From NCBI GenBank assembly GCA_051362555.1, contig CM120642.1, positions 6,634,001-6,698,000 of the forward strand: 64,000 bases of DNA. The letters run 5' to 3'. The notes under the pieces are model-generated. The model searched no databases. It was not told where the DNA came from and saw only the letters and a program-made list of their open reading frames with translations. This document shows positions 1 through 12,982 of the stretch, in pieces (position 1 is the first letter of the stretch; the number at the start of each line of letters is the position of its first letter). A program made the position numbers and the translations under genes. The DNA comes from Lingula anatina. Its lineage: Eukaryota > Animalia > Brachiopoda.

Positions 1-654
1 GTTCATTTTGTACACACGCCGTGTGGCAACATAATTATGCGTCATCATTCTAGGTTCACAGCATGTTGTCGAGCTTAGCTTCATAAACTGATTGCAATTA
101 ATCCAAGGTAATTGACAGACCATGCTGAGGAACGACTGGTGTTTAATCTGATCGATATACTTTTCGCTTCGATTAAAACCTAATACCCTTGTGCGGCACA
201 AATGAATCGGTTTTGGGAAGGCTTGCGTGATCCGATCTAATGCAACATGCACGTTTATCGACAGTTTTATCATCCGTAGCTTCCAAGATTGACTGGCGTT
301 CCGGAGAGTGTACAGGTGGTAAACTCATTTAAATCACCCTGACGAACGTCAACGTGGCTATTCTTTTTACCGTCCGTGTTAAATAATTCCAACCTGTTCG
401 TGTATAAAACATCAATAAGACCATGCACCACGTGAAAATTTGCTAGGAATAAGGAGTAGTAAAACTAGGCTGATTTAAATTAAAACAAGTTATTCAATAT
501 CTATGGCCTGTAAATGAGGACATATGTCAGAATGTACTAATTACAAAGTCCACGCAAACTTCGTAGTGTAAACTCAGTGTGACAGGAAGAATATGTTTGA
601 TCAATTGGCGGAGATATATCGTAACTATTTCCTAAATAAAAACAAATAGGCATA

Positions 655-655
<1 letters not shown>

Positions 656-693
<38 letters not shown>
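656..693. repeat. (GA)n microsatellite
   Basis: Direct observation; other GA/CT tracts at about 12078-12110, 16927-16949, 33896-33922, 35465-35501, 56308-56341 and 58278-58312. Confidence 0.95.
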
Positions 694-700
<7 letters not shown>

Positions 701-1298
701 CTTGTCATGCTAGTTCGATCACATAACATGTATTTCCTTCATTTGAAAAGCGTTCCGATATTTTACACGTACCTCATTTTCTAGCTATAGTGTACCAATG
801 AACTCAAATGCACTGTACAATGTGCCTCAATACTTTGCCAGTAGCCCTCAGCTAGTCTGACTTTGTGTACCGTGTAACGTTTGGCTGACTTAAGGTTAAC
901 AAGGAGAAAACACATAAGCTCTTATATGTAACATCGAAGAACGTTGAATAATATATTAAGCCTCAGCTTTGCAGGGCTTGCGGACAATGAGTTTTTGTCC
1001 ACTTTACAAATTTGCACAAAATGAAATCCTGCAATATTTGATAAAAGTGCATTAAAACAGATGTACGAAGGTGATACAGACTATCATATATTGTCAGACT
1101 CACAACTTTGAAGGGGTTAGAGTGGGCAAAATTCGTTTCCTATCAGGTGGCAAGCCCGGTGTAACAGGGGCTTAATCCTGCATGAACTTGTACCGTGCAT
1201 TGTCTTAAACGATATGTTTCCTCAAAACTTGGCTATTTTAATATATATTTGAACATTTGAACAAATGAACATAATACCAATAATTCCAATTAACTTAC

Positions 1299-1570
1299 CC
1301 CTCGTCCCCGCCCTCAAAGAAACAAGTACATCTCTGTTGCCCAGGAGGGACTTGCAGCCACTTGCCATCGGCGCCAATATTCACGCTGCGCGTTGCCTCG
1401 CGGCGCCGTCGTTTCTTGATCGACGAGAACGCCCGGCGCAGCAAGCCCGGCTTTTCCACAAACGGATCCGTGTCGTTTGACTCCTCAATGAGCTGAATTT
1501 CCACCATGGATCGACTCTCCCTCGGCATCATGGAGAGATTCGGCGGGCACAAAGAATTTTCGTCTGCCAT
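1299..1570 (-). CDS. Alternative N-terminal coding exon A of an unidentified minus-strand gene (MADENSLCPP...KPGLLRRAFSSIKKRRRREATRS...FFEGGDE, 90 codons + 2 nt)
   Basis: ATG in ATC-ATG-G context; GC-rich open frame; the apparent stop is part of the donor GG|GTAAGT at 1298 (phase 2); in-frame stops lie upstream of the ATG. Candidate acceptor (CACTAAT branch point ... GTTTGTTGTGTACAG|) at 1908 suggests a spliced 5' UTR. Downstream exons are outside the window. Confidence 0.75.
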
Positions 1571-4500
1571 GATGTCGTACGGTGTGTACTTGCTCTTGCA
1601 ATGAACTGTTGCAGACGCCCTGAGGACTTCCGCGGTTTTCGTCGAAGCGGAGGCTATTAAAACGTGCGCAGTGTGTTGAGGGCGGTGACCTTCTCTGTGC
1701 TGGTGAAGAAGCGTTCATTCCATTCAACAACTCTTGCGTGGGCTTACGCAGGATCGGGTGTCTTTTGTGATCGTTTTGTGGTTGAGGAATCTTATCTTGT
1801 AACGCCACCTTTTGAACGTTGACTTTCGAGCGGGCCACCTCGTTTTTTTCCTGGCTGCGGCCCAATAAAGGAAGCGCTTATGACGCTGACACTCGCTATA
1901 CAAAACGCCTGTACACAACAAACGACTGTCACAATATTAGTGACTTAACCCCGTAACCAGCCCAGCTGAGTGCGAGGTTATAAATAAATATATGATCTTA
2001 ACTGTCCGTTCACTACTGCTATGTGTACGCAACGAACACAGACCCAAAATAAAGTCGGATTGTAATATGTTTCACTTAGTGTTAACTTGAAGTGTTAACA
2101 AGGACTAAGCCTATAATCAAACGAAAATATAAGCGCCATTTAAAATACTGTCCATTCACATTTGATTGTCACTGCGTCATGCTATTCGCTCTTATAGACC
2201 AGTTGGACAAGTAATTTCAGGAATCCAATTAACGCCAGGTTTTTACTATTGGCATAAGTCCAAAAATTCATAAAACTTACGGATCTAGTGGTGATCTTAG
2301 TTACGCAACAGGTAGTTGCCAGTCGGTAGGCGAAATATCGAAAAGGAAAGCAATTCTCTTATGGTCCAGCCATTATCGGACAGAGCTATCCCATTAATTA
2401 ACAAATCGGAAAGATCTCGTCAAAATCGCAAATTGATTCTCCGTCGCTAAGAACCACTACTAGTTAGGCGTACCAATCACACGTGCTCGTTCACATGGTA
2501 ACTTCCTCCAACCGCTCAACATATACAGCTTAGACAGTTATACTCACTGAAGGTACTCGCTATTTAGATAAGAAATAAGCAATTTACTTATCACTCCAGG
2601 AAACCACTTTCCGCCTGATACCAAGGTAAATACAGCACCTGCGCTCTGTATTAATCCCACAGTACATTCAGTCTCAATAAAATAAATGAATCCTAATTCA
2701 GAAGGCAATTCAGGCATTTGAATCTCACCGCCATTTTGTGTGTGTTTTGATCACCGGAGCTCTTTCTCCTATACAGCCTATGAATTGTAGACAGCAGAAA
2801 TTAGAAACACATTATACCAATATGTGTCTGGTGTCGTCTTATGTGCTGGTGGTTGACTAGGCTCAGCACGGTCCACGCAATGTTACCGCGGATGTCACTT
2901 CAAAAGTCTCAGTGATGCGTTTCTGGATGCAAAACATATATCCTTTCCCAGTAAATGTAGTCTTTAACTCCAGCAGCAGCCAACACGGTTCAGTAGCTCT
3001 CCGGGGATTTCAAAGCTTTGTTTGCCCGGAGTGGTCATATATCGGTTACATATGGAATATCCGGTTCACTCATGCACTTAATCGTTATACCGCTAGCTCT
3101 ACGTTTCGCAACGCTGAATTGTGACATAAAAGCGGGTATAGTCTGTTTTCCAAGCCGTGACCTATTCGAGGTGGTGACTTCTAGCTATGGTGATGACCGA
3201 GGCTTCGATTCAGCTGTTCCAGGTAGTTTCTGAACAGCCACCGCAAGTCTGGGTTGGGCAAACTACTGGTACAGCAATCCCATTCTAGTGCAACGACTAC
3301 CGGTTTGATTGAACAAGGAACAAACGCATGGGCTCCTGGTATCAACAATAAAAACCACAGTCACGCCCTCGCTTTTTAAACGATATACAATGTACAATAT
3401 ATACAATAACTACTGGTATCTGCATAATAATCCATCAGTGTAACTGTACACAGCGAATCGTTGACGTGACGCTCAAATTACCCCTTCGGCTAATGTGTTT
3501 CTGCCTTCCATGCGTAAGAAACTATCCGATTCAATGATATTAATTAACAACCCAACACGGTGGTAAGGACGTTGGTTGTCACGAGAGCAATTGCAAAATA
3601 ATTTCCTAGTATATAATGACAGCAAACTGTCTGTCTGAAACCTTCCCCTCAGCTTTTCTCCTGCAATGGTGAAACAGCGGGTGATGTGGTCTTGGTGGAA
3701 TATACAGACACCGTCATTTGGTTCTGTCCCTCAATCTTATGAGGGATGACAAACGTTTATTCCCTATTGGTGCCATCGACTATCTCACCTTGAATCAAAA
3801 GACAGAGGCCGCCTGATAATTAGACCAATCAAAATCCACCGTCCCAACAAGCCCGGTGCGGCTCTCTGCATTGCTTTAAATGGCATGAAGTAACCAGGGG
3901 ACTGGCAAGTCCCTGGTGACGATATCGTAATCAGATCGACGTATTTCCCGTGACAGCATGTCCAACTAACTGAATTACAGCACAGTCAGGAGGTTGCAAT
4001 ATTGCTAAACTCGGCCTATTAAGAACTGCGTGAGATCTAATGGGAATACAAAGATAAAGGAAATCAGTTCCGCTCGTGGCGTTTCCCATTTAAAGAAAGT
4101 GACAGCAACTACTGCTTTTGAACCAGCATAACCATCCACACTACAACTTAAATCTCAATCAAATGGCAAGAAAGAAAGGAAGAAATAAATAAATAAAGAA
4201 AAAATAAGCCCATATTAGTCAGAATGATTAAGACACATACTATACCATAAATATTGAATTGTATACAAATAGAATTCACATGTGGGAATGTCAACAAAAG
4301 GCATGTAAATTTAAGTAATGGATAAATGCTGCAGAATCATTCAAATATGTTAAATTTTGTCTTTACTAGTCAAAGGTAGTGTCATGTGTTTTACTGCTTT
4401 GAGAAACAATCAGCATATCGGGACTTTAAAACACTTAGCCTACTGTACTTAGTTGTTCTAGTCTTCTATTTAATAACGTTGCTATCTGTCACAATTGTTC

Positions 4501-4810
4501 GATATTATACTCAAAAGAAATAGTTTCATAAGTTTGAAGACTCAACTTATTAAAATACATACAGTTGTTCCTTCTCCTGTATAACTAGCGCACTGAATTA
4601 AGGCGTACAGTATTTTTCACGAATAAAAAAATGTACAGTAAGTCAAAGCACATGTTGCGTATAGAGCGCAGGTTTAAACAGTATCCTGTTGCAAATTATA
4701 CAAACGTTACAGATAAACAGGTATATATCCGGTTAGAATATCATTTGAATAAACACCTCCTGACGATCCGACATAGCCTATGGGTATGCCAGTGAAACTC
4801 ATGTCTTGGA

Positions 4811-4847
<37 letters not shown>

Positions 4848-7800
4848 AATTTATTTTTATTTTATTTTTTAATTGTGTGTGTGTGTGTGTGTATTGACCG
4901 CCCATTGCTCAGCTGATGGTTGAATGAGTGCGCCAGGCTTACTGGTAGGCAAACTGTTCTGATTATGTATCGACCACTTGAAGTATGAACAACAAAGCTG
5001 ATCATGATGAAGTTAATAACCAAGATACAACAATACCCCGTCATTGAGGTAATTGAAAAACATTTTACCGGATGTGTGGTCTGAGCTATAGCATCGATGG
5101 CACATTTTATAGGCGCTGAGACGTAGTTTAAAATACACGTGCATGTCATGGTAGTCCTAATGCTTAGTTTTGAATTTCGTTCTGCAATTTCTAACGAGGT
5201 ACTTTCTAAATGAGACTGAACACAGTACGCATGAAGGCGTATCCGCTTTCTTCCTTTTCTTGGGTCTTCTGTATTGGGTGTTGTAAGGCAATTAATGAAT
5301 TTATTTATATCACCGCGGATTTTACGGTTATATATAATTACTTTTGTTTTTTATGGTAAACAATTCATCAAATCAAAGTCTTTTTTTTCTAAAATTAACT
5401 GGACTTTATCTTTGCTTTACATAGCAAACTTCCATTAACACGCTTGAGTATATGAGATTGCTGTTCTTAACTGTATTACTGGGAGTTTTCGCACTTAAAA
5501 GGGTGCGTCCGTGTTTCAGGGAGAAACCAATCCCTTTCTGTCACTGACCGAATAACTTTATATATTAGTCGACATGCATCTTACGTACATGTACATAGTT
5601 TGATAAAATGTCCCTGAAAGGGGACAGAAACATATTGAGCAGCTCATCCAGGATATTCTCAGGAATGGAAGTTAGTTTCAGGAACCTCCTTTCTTATATC
5701 ATTTTCTTGATAGACCTCCAAAAGAAGTCGAAATTATATTTTAATAGACAATGTTTACTATGTGATGCCAACATTGTAGAAACTTTGCACATTGCGCTCA
5801 ATAAACTTCATACGTATAGTACCTATTAATTTCGTGTGCGTTCTACATGTACCAGGACTTTGAATAATATTTCATATTTACAGGTGTATATTCCACTATT
5901 TGTCCATTTAACATGTGTATTTGTCCATTAAACATCAAAAATAATTAACCCAAGCTGGAACTAACACATCTTAAATAATATTTATCTATCTATTTATTAA
6001 ACTTTATTCAATGAGGGTAGTGGCATGGTGAATCTTTATTTTATCTTCCGCATGGCCCTCTCAAATGACTATGGTATCTATAGACTTAGAGTCATTTCCT
6101 AAAAAAACTTACATAACCTAATACGCCCCTTAGTTAAATATGTCCCTCTTCTCGGGCTAAAATGATGCAGATATTTTATTGGCAGCAACATATAGGTCTA
6201 ATTTTATTCAAAAGGAAAAGACTTAAATGAAGCATTGTTTTTTCTCTTTTGATTTAATTCTAAGTCTAGCTATTTCTTTTTGAAAAATATCTCATTCTTG
6301 GTACTGAATCTACTTGTACATGAATTATTACGGACCCTTATGAAAAACTGGAAGGGAAAATATAGGCCTAATTAACGCATGTGCCAATTAACTTGAGCTA
6401 AATTTAAATCACACACGATACGATAAGATTGGACCTTAATTTAGCAATGGTTTCCTGGAAATTGCAACACCTTTTACTTATTTGCCAAGTTATTCCGTAT
6501 CCACAAACTTTCTCGGAATTACGATCTACAGTACAAACCAATTTCGTTAGTTCTTGGTTTCTTATTTTGAGACACTTTCTTCACCAGTAAAAATAAAATG
6601 GCAATGAAAAGCTCACAAATGGGTTAACAGATGTACATTTTCTCAGCTGTTTAGAAAAATGTTACTTTGGTAATAAAGAGAAATTTTAAGTAAATGTCAT
6701 TTCTGTCATGTTTTTGTTTCGTTATTTTATTTGCCATAAGAAATCGTGTCTTTGATGAAATTTGTTCTTTGAGCTCTTTTGGTTTTATGGTTGGTTGGTA
6801 GTTAAAGATAATGCTAATGTGTTGTTTCTAATGACCCTTCCAATTTTTGGCACTTCGCGGGCTCCTAATACGGCCTGGCCTATTAGAGGTCTTTCAATTC
6901 TTTGTGTTTAATAATCATTAAGCTATACAATTATTTACAAACGTACTATAATTATTAACCTGGAAAAGACTGCTCTCGTTATGGAGTAATAATCTTTTTC
7001 GTCACGACACGGATTACTTCCGTTTCATTGAAGTTTTACATTTTATTCACGGTTCCAGTTCTCCTGTCATATAAAACCTAATCAGTGTCTATTGTAATGC
7101 CATTTCACGGCCGGATCCTATCAATAATTCATGGTGGCTGTTGCTAAAATTATGTTTTGAATAAAATACAGTAAGCATCATTTACTTGGAATAATCGCTG
7201 TTATTTTGGTGGTTATACATTTGTGTATTTTGAGAAAGAATTAATACAAATGGTGGCTGCGCCGGGGGCCAGTCTCGTCATGGTGTAGTACTTGTTTCAG
7301 GATGTCGTATGCAAAAATAAAATACGACATTAATAGGATATGTTTTATTCAAAGTGAACTTTGCTATGAAGATTTAAGACACACAAAGAGAGGCGAGTAT
7401 CAATAAAATGTAACTGTTGAAAATTTTAAAGGAAATGTATTCGTTGCAACAAAACCAGCTACTAATTTAAAGCCAACACGCTTGATCATTTACCTGTTGT
7501 ACTTATTTATTTAGATATATTTCTTGCCAAATATAAACCTTTACCCTGTGAATTATCATTGGTTACCAACAAGGCCCCCTTTTCACTAAGTAACAGAAGC
7601 ACGACCTGACCTCTGGATAGCGTCCAATTGCTTTGATGAGAAAGTCAAAGGACGCCTATTTTGCTGGAATCAATCAGCTGTAAATATGAGGGAACTTCTT
7701 AAATCTGATTTTTAAAATCATGGTTAAATATATATTCGATTTGAACTGAAGACCGTCATGCCTTTTTTTTTTCTCGCACTTGTGGTGTTTGCATGCGCGT

Positions 7801-8394
7801 TGGTCATAAAATGCCATGAAAATGAAGATGGCAACCTTTTTCTGTTGCCGTTGCGGTAATGGGTATACAGTATGTACACTGAAAACGGATACGCATGTGT
7901 ACAATGAAAACAGTATCAGAAGTAGCCTTATTTTTTGGAAGACCCAGTTATCCCGACAAAATTGTGGCTCACCACTGCGGGGAAATTTATATGCAATGTG
8001 GTATTTTTTTAGCTATCTAATATAGACTGACAAAGAATTTTTCAATAGAAATGTCATGCTATGAATATATCATGCAATTAACATGTGCGTACTTCTTGAT
8101 TTGGGGGTTAAAAAGCCCCGAGCTTCAGATTTCAATAATTATAATGTAAAAGCTGTCCAATATCATTAGGTCGAATGTTTCTTCACATTCTGCTACTCCA
8201 CGCGTGCTTTCAGCATATAAAATATTGACTAACTGTATCTTTTACATTATGCGTCCACGTGACTTCTAATATAAAAATTTTAGTCAAAGTTCAAGGAAAC
8301 GACAAAAAAGCAATGTAAGCCTGCAAAACGGCCACCTTTCTAAAGACGCCAAAACGGTTAATTCCGGACTGTGCGTTTGGACCATCATAATGCA

Positions 8395-8578
8395 CAGGGG
8401 ATCCAGCGGATCCAGGACTATTTGAAGGGGGGTGGGGCGGTGCCATTTGGTACGGTTTGGAACTAAGATTCAGCTAGTCAAAATTCTAATTTCAAGAGGG
8501 GACCATTGGTGTGATTTTTTTCAGAAATTGAGGGGAGGGGTCAGGACCCCCCTGACAGTTCCCTTAAATCCGCCTCTG
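8395..8578. mobile_element. MITE-like element, CAGGGGCGGAT...ATCCGCC(A/T)CTG family, copy 1 (shorter)
   Basis: Shares the core TTTGGTACGGTTT.GAACTA.GATT.AGCTAGTCAAAATTCTAATTTCAAGAGGGG and the termini with the copy at 56480-56768; short terminal inverted repeats; no clear TSD. Confidence 0.7.
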
Positions 8579-11184
8579 CTGCATATTTCTAATAGGCAAT
8601 CGTTTTCTATGAGTACTGTATGTGCTTAATTTTGGGTACAGTACATTTCCATGTACTATTGTTTCAGTTTCTTTACTATGTAGCTTACTGAAGTTGATGT
8701 TCATATCTCGTTCTCATGTTAATACCGTATATAAAGTGTAAATACGGGTACAAGCGATATGCGTGGAATAGGTTGTTATCAAAGCAAACCATACATTTAA
8801 ATAGGGCAGGATTTCGGTCCCTTGGTGCCCTAAGCTCTCCAAGCATCTGGTGCCACAGTACCAGAAAAGGCAGATGTGGCAAACATGCCGTTTCGAATAA
8901 AAACCCATTTCTATGAACTTAATATATATTTTAGGCACGTTGTGCTCACTCTGTCGTGGCGCCTAATATGCAATATATAAACACCTGCGTACACGAACGG
9001 TGCCCTGTTTTTAACGTATTATATATATACCCCGGTGCTATGCGCGTTTAAAAACACCCCAATGGAATATTTTCTGGGCTACCTATCCCTCATAGATACT
9101 TATTTTTGTGCAAATTCAGGTTTCAAATAAGATTAAACGCCTCAAATAAAAGTACTTAATGTCGGCATTTCCTTCTGAAAAGTACGGGACGCCATGGCGT
9201 TGAAGCGTCTGGCCAGTCATTAAGAGCTAAATTATCTTATTAGAAATCGAGTCCAAATGCAGGAACTGGTCGAGTAATTATTCGTGAGCAGAAGAAAATT
9301 GCTTTTTTTCACAAAGAAAATTATATTTGGTGAAAAATTCCCGGATAGCTAGGATACTTTTAATATAACCTCTTTCAGCGTTCCATTATCCGGGAACACA
9401 GTTCAGCAAATTTCTTTTCATGGTAATTTCGTCCCGTTGTATATGTCTGCTTTATGACTGCTTCGGAGTCTTCATTAGATCGGTAAATAGTATCAATTCC
9501 TGGTCTAATCAACGAAAACGCATCCTTTTCCGGCTAAGTATCCTTTTATGTACACTACTCATGCGCCGAACATGTAATTTCAATTATGGTGCAACAATAA
9601 CATCTGCTTCCCCAAATCATTATATAAATAACTGTCCGATTACGTTGCTTATGGTGTCTGGTCTAAATGAAAAAAGATATAGATTCTCTAGTCTCTTCTT
9701 TTCATGATAAAGGCAACATTTTGCAAAGTCCATAGGAGCCTTATATTTGAATTATATCTTCATATAAAATTCTACTGTGTTTGGTTATCTGGAACAATAC
9801 CCTTTTCCAACCATATGGTAGATATCTTTTGTAGTTTGGTCCCCAAAAAACACAGTTTTAGTTCTTGCAGATTTTTTACCAGTAGCGCATGTAGGCATGC
9901 AGGTATGTATAGAACTATTAAGTACAGATTATCCACTTAATCCTTATTTTTATTCTTCCAACATTTCCCAAACGGATACCAATGCAGCCAGCCGCAAATA
10001 CTCTTAGATCCCGTTATGTATCCACAAGCCTACAGCAACTTAACTGGATATATGTTCGGAACATTCGAAGGAAATAGATAGCAAATATTGTACACTTTAC
10101 AAATCTGTCATAACATCTTAGGATTTTATTTATCATTATATCCACCACTATCACTGAATACCTATTTTATCTTAAAATAATATTTCGGTATAAGTACGTT
10201 CTGCTCCAAAATTTTACATGGTCACGACCAGAATGCATGTTCCAGTACAAAATTTAAACTTACAACAGAGAACGTTAATTTTTTTGTTTGAAAAAAAAAT
10301 ACTGTATCACTTTCACAAAATTGGCTGTGCTCATGCATGGATTGTGATGAAAACGCAAAAGTCCGGCCAAATAAAATTTTGATATATGATACAATAACAT
10401 TCCCCACGAAAATTGCAAATCACATTTGCTAGAGTGATTGCGTGACACGTATACGGACGACTAATGAACATTAATTCTATCAGCTATGTCGATGAGATGA
10501 AATTGAAGCCGTGCTTGGACGAAATGATATCGATGGAACTCATATTTGAAACCCATTACATTCCTTCTAAGAAATGGTGTAAAATATGGGATGGATGTCA
10601 CGTGACCAAGGACGGATTTATCTGTACTACTTTGTGCCTGTATTAAACACATATTTGCTCTCGTGTAGCAACATACGCACGTGCACACACACGCACACAC
10701 GTGTAACTACGTCCACATACTCGGACTAGCTTCTCTAATAAAATCAGTAAAATAGTAAAATGATTGCCCTTCCCATTATGATAAGTCACTTCTGTTCGCT
10801 TGAGCAGCACACTCTGTTGTTTATTTTATTTGTCTTTATTAAAATAATTCACGAGAGTCGTTAACTTTTATAAAGCACAAATCCCTGGGAATCGGACGGA
10901 AAACTGTGCAATCCAGTTATTTTCTCACTGACTAGGATTCATATTTACCACATTTTATTACTACCCTGGCTGCGAAGAAAGGATAGGAAGGAAGGGGGAG
11001 GCTGGAGGAACGAAAATCTATTAAAAATAAATAACACGTTTTAAGTAATAAAGACTTGTTACAATACGATACGAATAACACATTACTGTACGTATATAAA
11101 GGGCTTCAAAATCCTAAAGCATTGAGGAAGCTGGTTTAGATTATTAATTTAAGTATAAAATTTGCCACACGTAGGTATACAGTG

Positions 11185-11319
11185 CAGGCCCGTAGCCAGC
11201 AATTTCAAAAGGGGGGTTCTTTTTCTGAAAAAGTGGTGGACCTTTTCCCAGCAAAAGGGGCGGTCCTTTCGAACCCCCCCTCCCCCCCCCCACCCCACCC
11301 CCACCCAGCTACGGGCCTG
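11185..11319. mobile_element. MITE with TIR CAGGCCCGTAGC / GCTACGGGCCTG
   Basis: Perfect 12-bp terminal inverted repeats; a diverged second copy lies at about 18921-19070. Confidence 0.7.
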
Positions 11320-12075
11320 CAGTTTGAAATATATATATAGAGACCTATAAGTAAACACCCGGGGGTATACGCCTTCTGTTTGCTAAGGTTTGACTTATTG
11401 CTACCGTACAGTGTAGCACGACTCGTCTTTAATTTCAAAAGAGCAACTTCAATTGGATCTTCACTGAGCATGCAAAATGAGAATTCCCCTTTTAAAGAGT
11501 CAAAGAGTCATCCATTATAATCTAATGATGTATCGCCAGGTCCCAATGGCAAAGGAACAAAGGGTTAGGATGCGATTATCGTGTCCGTTAATTTCCTGTT
11601 TAATTGAATCAGGGGAGTCATTCAAGAGGCGCAAATAAGCCTTTTAGTAAAAAAATCCGAAGAACGAACGAACAAAACAAGGCTCCAAAACACAATGCAA
11701 GGTCATATGTGTTCAGTGTCCGTTTTCAAGTGTGTTAATTGCTTCAGTGAAGCTACATGTGTGTATTACTTTTAAACTGTTGGAAATATGACCAGGCTTA
11801 AACAAAAATCAACAAGTATCAAAACATCACACACACACACACACACACGAACACACACAAGTGCACAAATACACAACAGAGCACAAACGACGACTGGACA
11901 ACAGCATCTGTTGGCAGTTAAGGTTGTTTGTGGCACTTTTTCCAGATTTTTCTCATTTTTGATTCGTGGCATCTTCTAATTATTTTATTTTATATTTTGA
12001 CAGCCAGTCACGTGTGTGTACACTACTTTGGTTATTTTGCTATTCTAAAAAATGTCATGATCATCGTGCATCGTC

Positions 12076-12116
<41 letters not shown>

Positions 12117-12917
12117 AGAGTGTACTAGCAATTGCATTACTTATTTACAGTATGTCTAATAGACTCTATTGTTTAAGTGTTCCAGTATCTCTCATCTTCA
12201 TCCTCATCAAAAGCATAAAATGCTCAGTATTTCAATACGTAAAATAGGACCCCACTTCACGCTTATCAAACCTAACAATCCTTACGGGTCTCATCTTACA
12301 TGCATGCATGACCATAACTTTATGGTTACTATCCGGGTCCTGTTTGCCCAGTGTGTTTGTGGTTAAAGCTTGGTGGAGCGTTACTTCATGTGACATTAGA
12401 AAGACGAAAATATGTGACATAAAAATCCAGAACTGAAAGTTACTGACCTGTGCTTTATACGCACAAGGCACTGGCATCTTTTTTGAAATATTGAGTTCGG
12501 CACTTATGAAGCCACTGAATTCGTACGGCATTAGCGTGGAAGTTAGAGAAAGTTGCTTACATATTTTATACTAGCAAATCTCGCCGCGTCACACCAATCC
12601 CCCCCCCCCCCCCCCCAATACACCAATGTGATTGGTGTGCTACAAATAACACATTTTCTTCATAAACATTGTATCTCAACCGGCCCGGCCACTGCTGATT
12701 GTGCTTTTAACATAATATACATGTATAAAATCCGGGTCAACAGCTATCACAATCACACTATCACATATTGATGCAAGTGGTTTGTATTGTTGTGACGAAT
12801 TTCAGCTGAGGCGTCATTTTTTATTTTCAGAAAAAAAAACTTGGCCCTTTTTTTTCTAATACCACTGTCGTATTTTTATATTTATGAATTTTAAAACTGA
12901 GGTAAAGTGTGTCACCC

Positions 12918-12982
12918 AGGTATGACTGATATAAATCTATTAGACTGATAGATATAGGTATGACTGATATAAATCTATTAGA
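12918..12982. repeat. Direct duplication of a 27-bp unit (AGGTATGACTGATATAAATCTATTAGA x2)
   Basis: Two identical copies separated by 11 bp. Confidence 0.85.

Noticed and set aside
1485-1865. 126-aa ORF as an independent gene
   Set aside because: TTG start, closed upstream, and overlaps the better-supported exon A; kept only as a possible uORF from ATG 1718.
3893-3918. GC hairpin ACCAGGGGACT-GGCA-AGTCCCTGGT
   Set aside because: Isolated; no Helitron CTRR end or RNA-gene context; terminators are not relevant in this eukaryotic setting.
11772-12247. Overlapping ORFs with THTH/ERER/CVCV runs (also at 33417, 47504, 58200)
   Set aside because: Translations of microsatellites.
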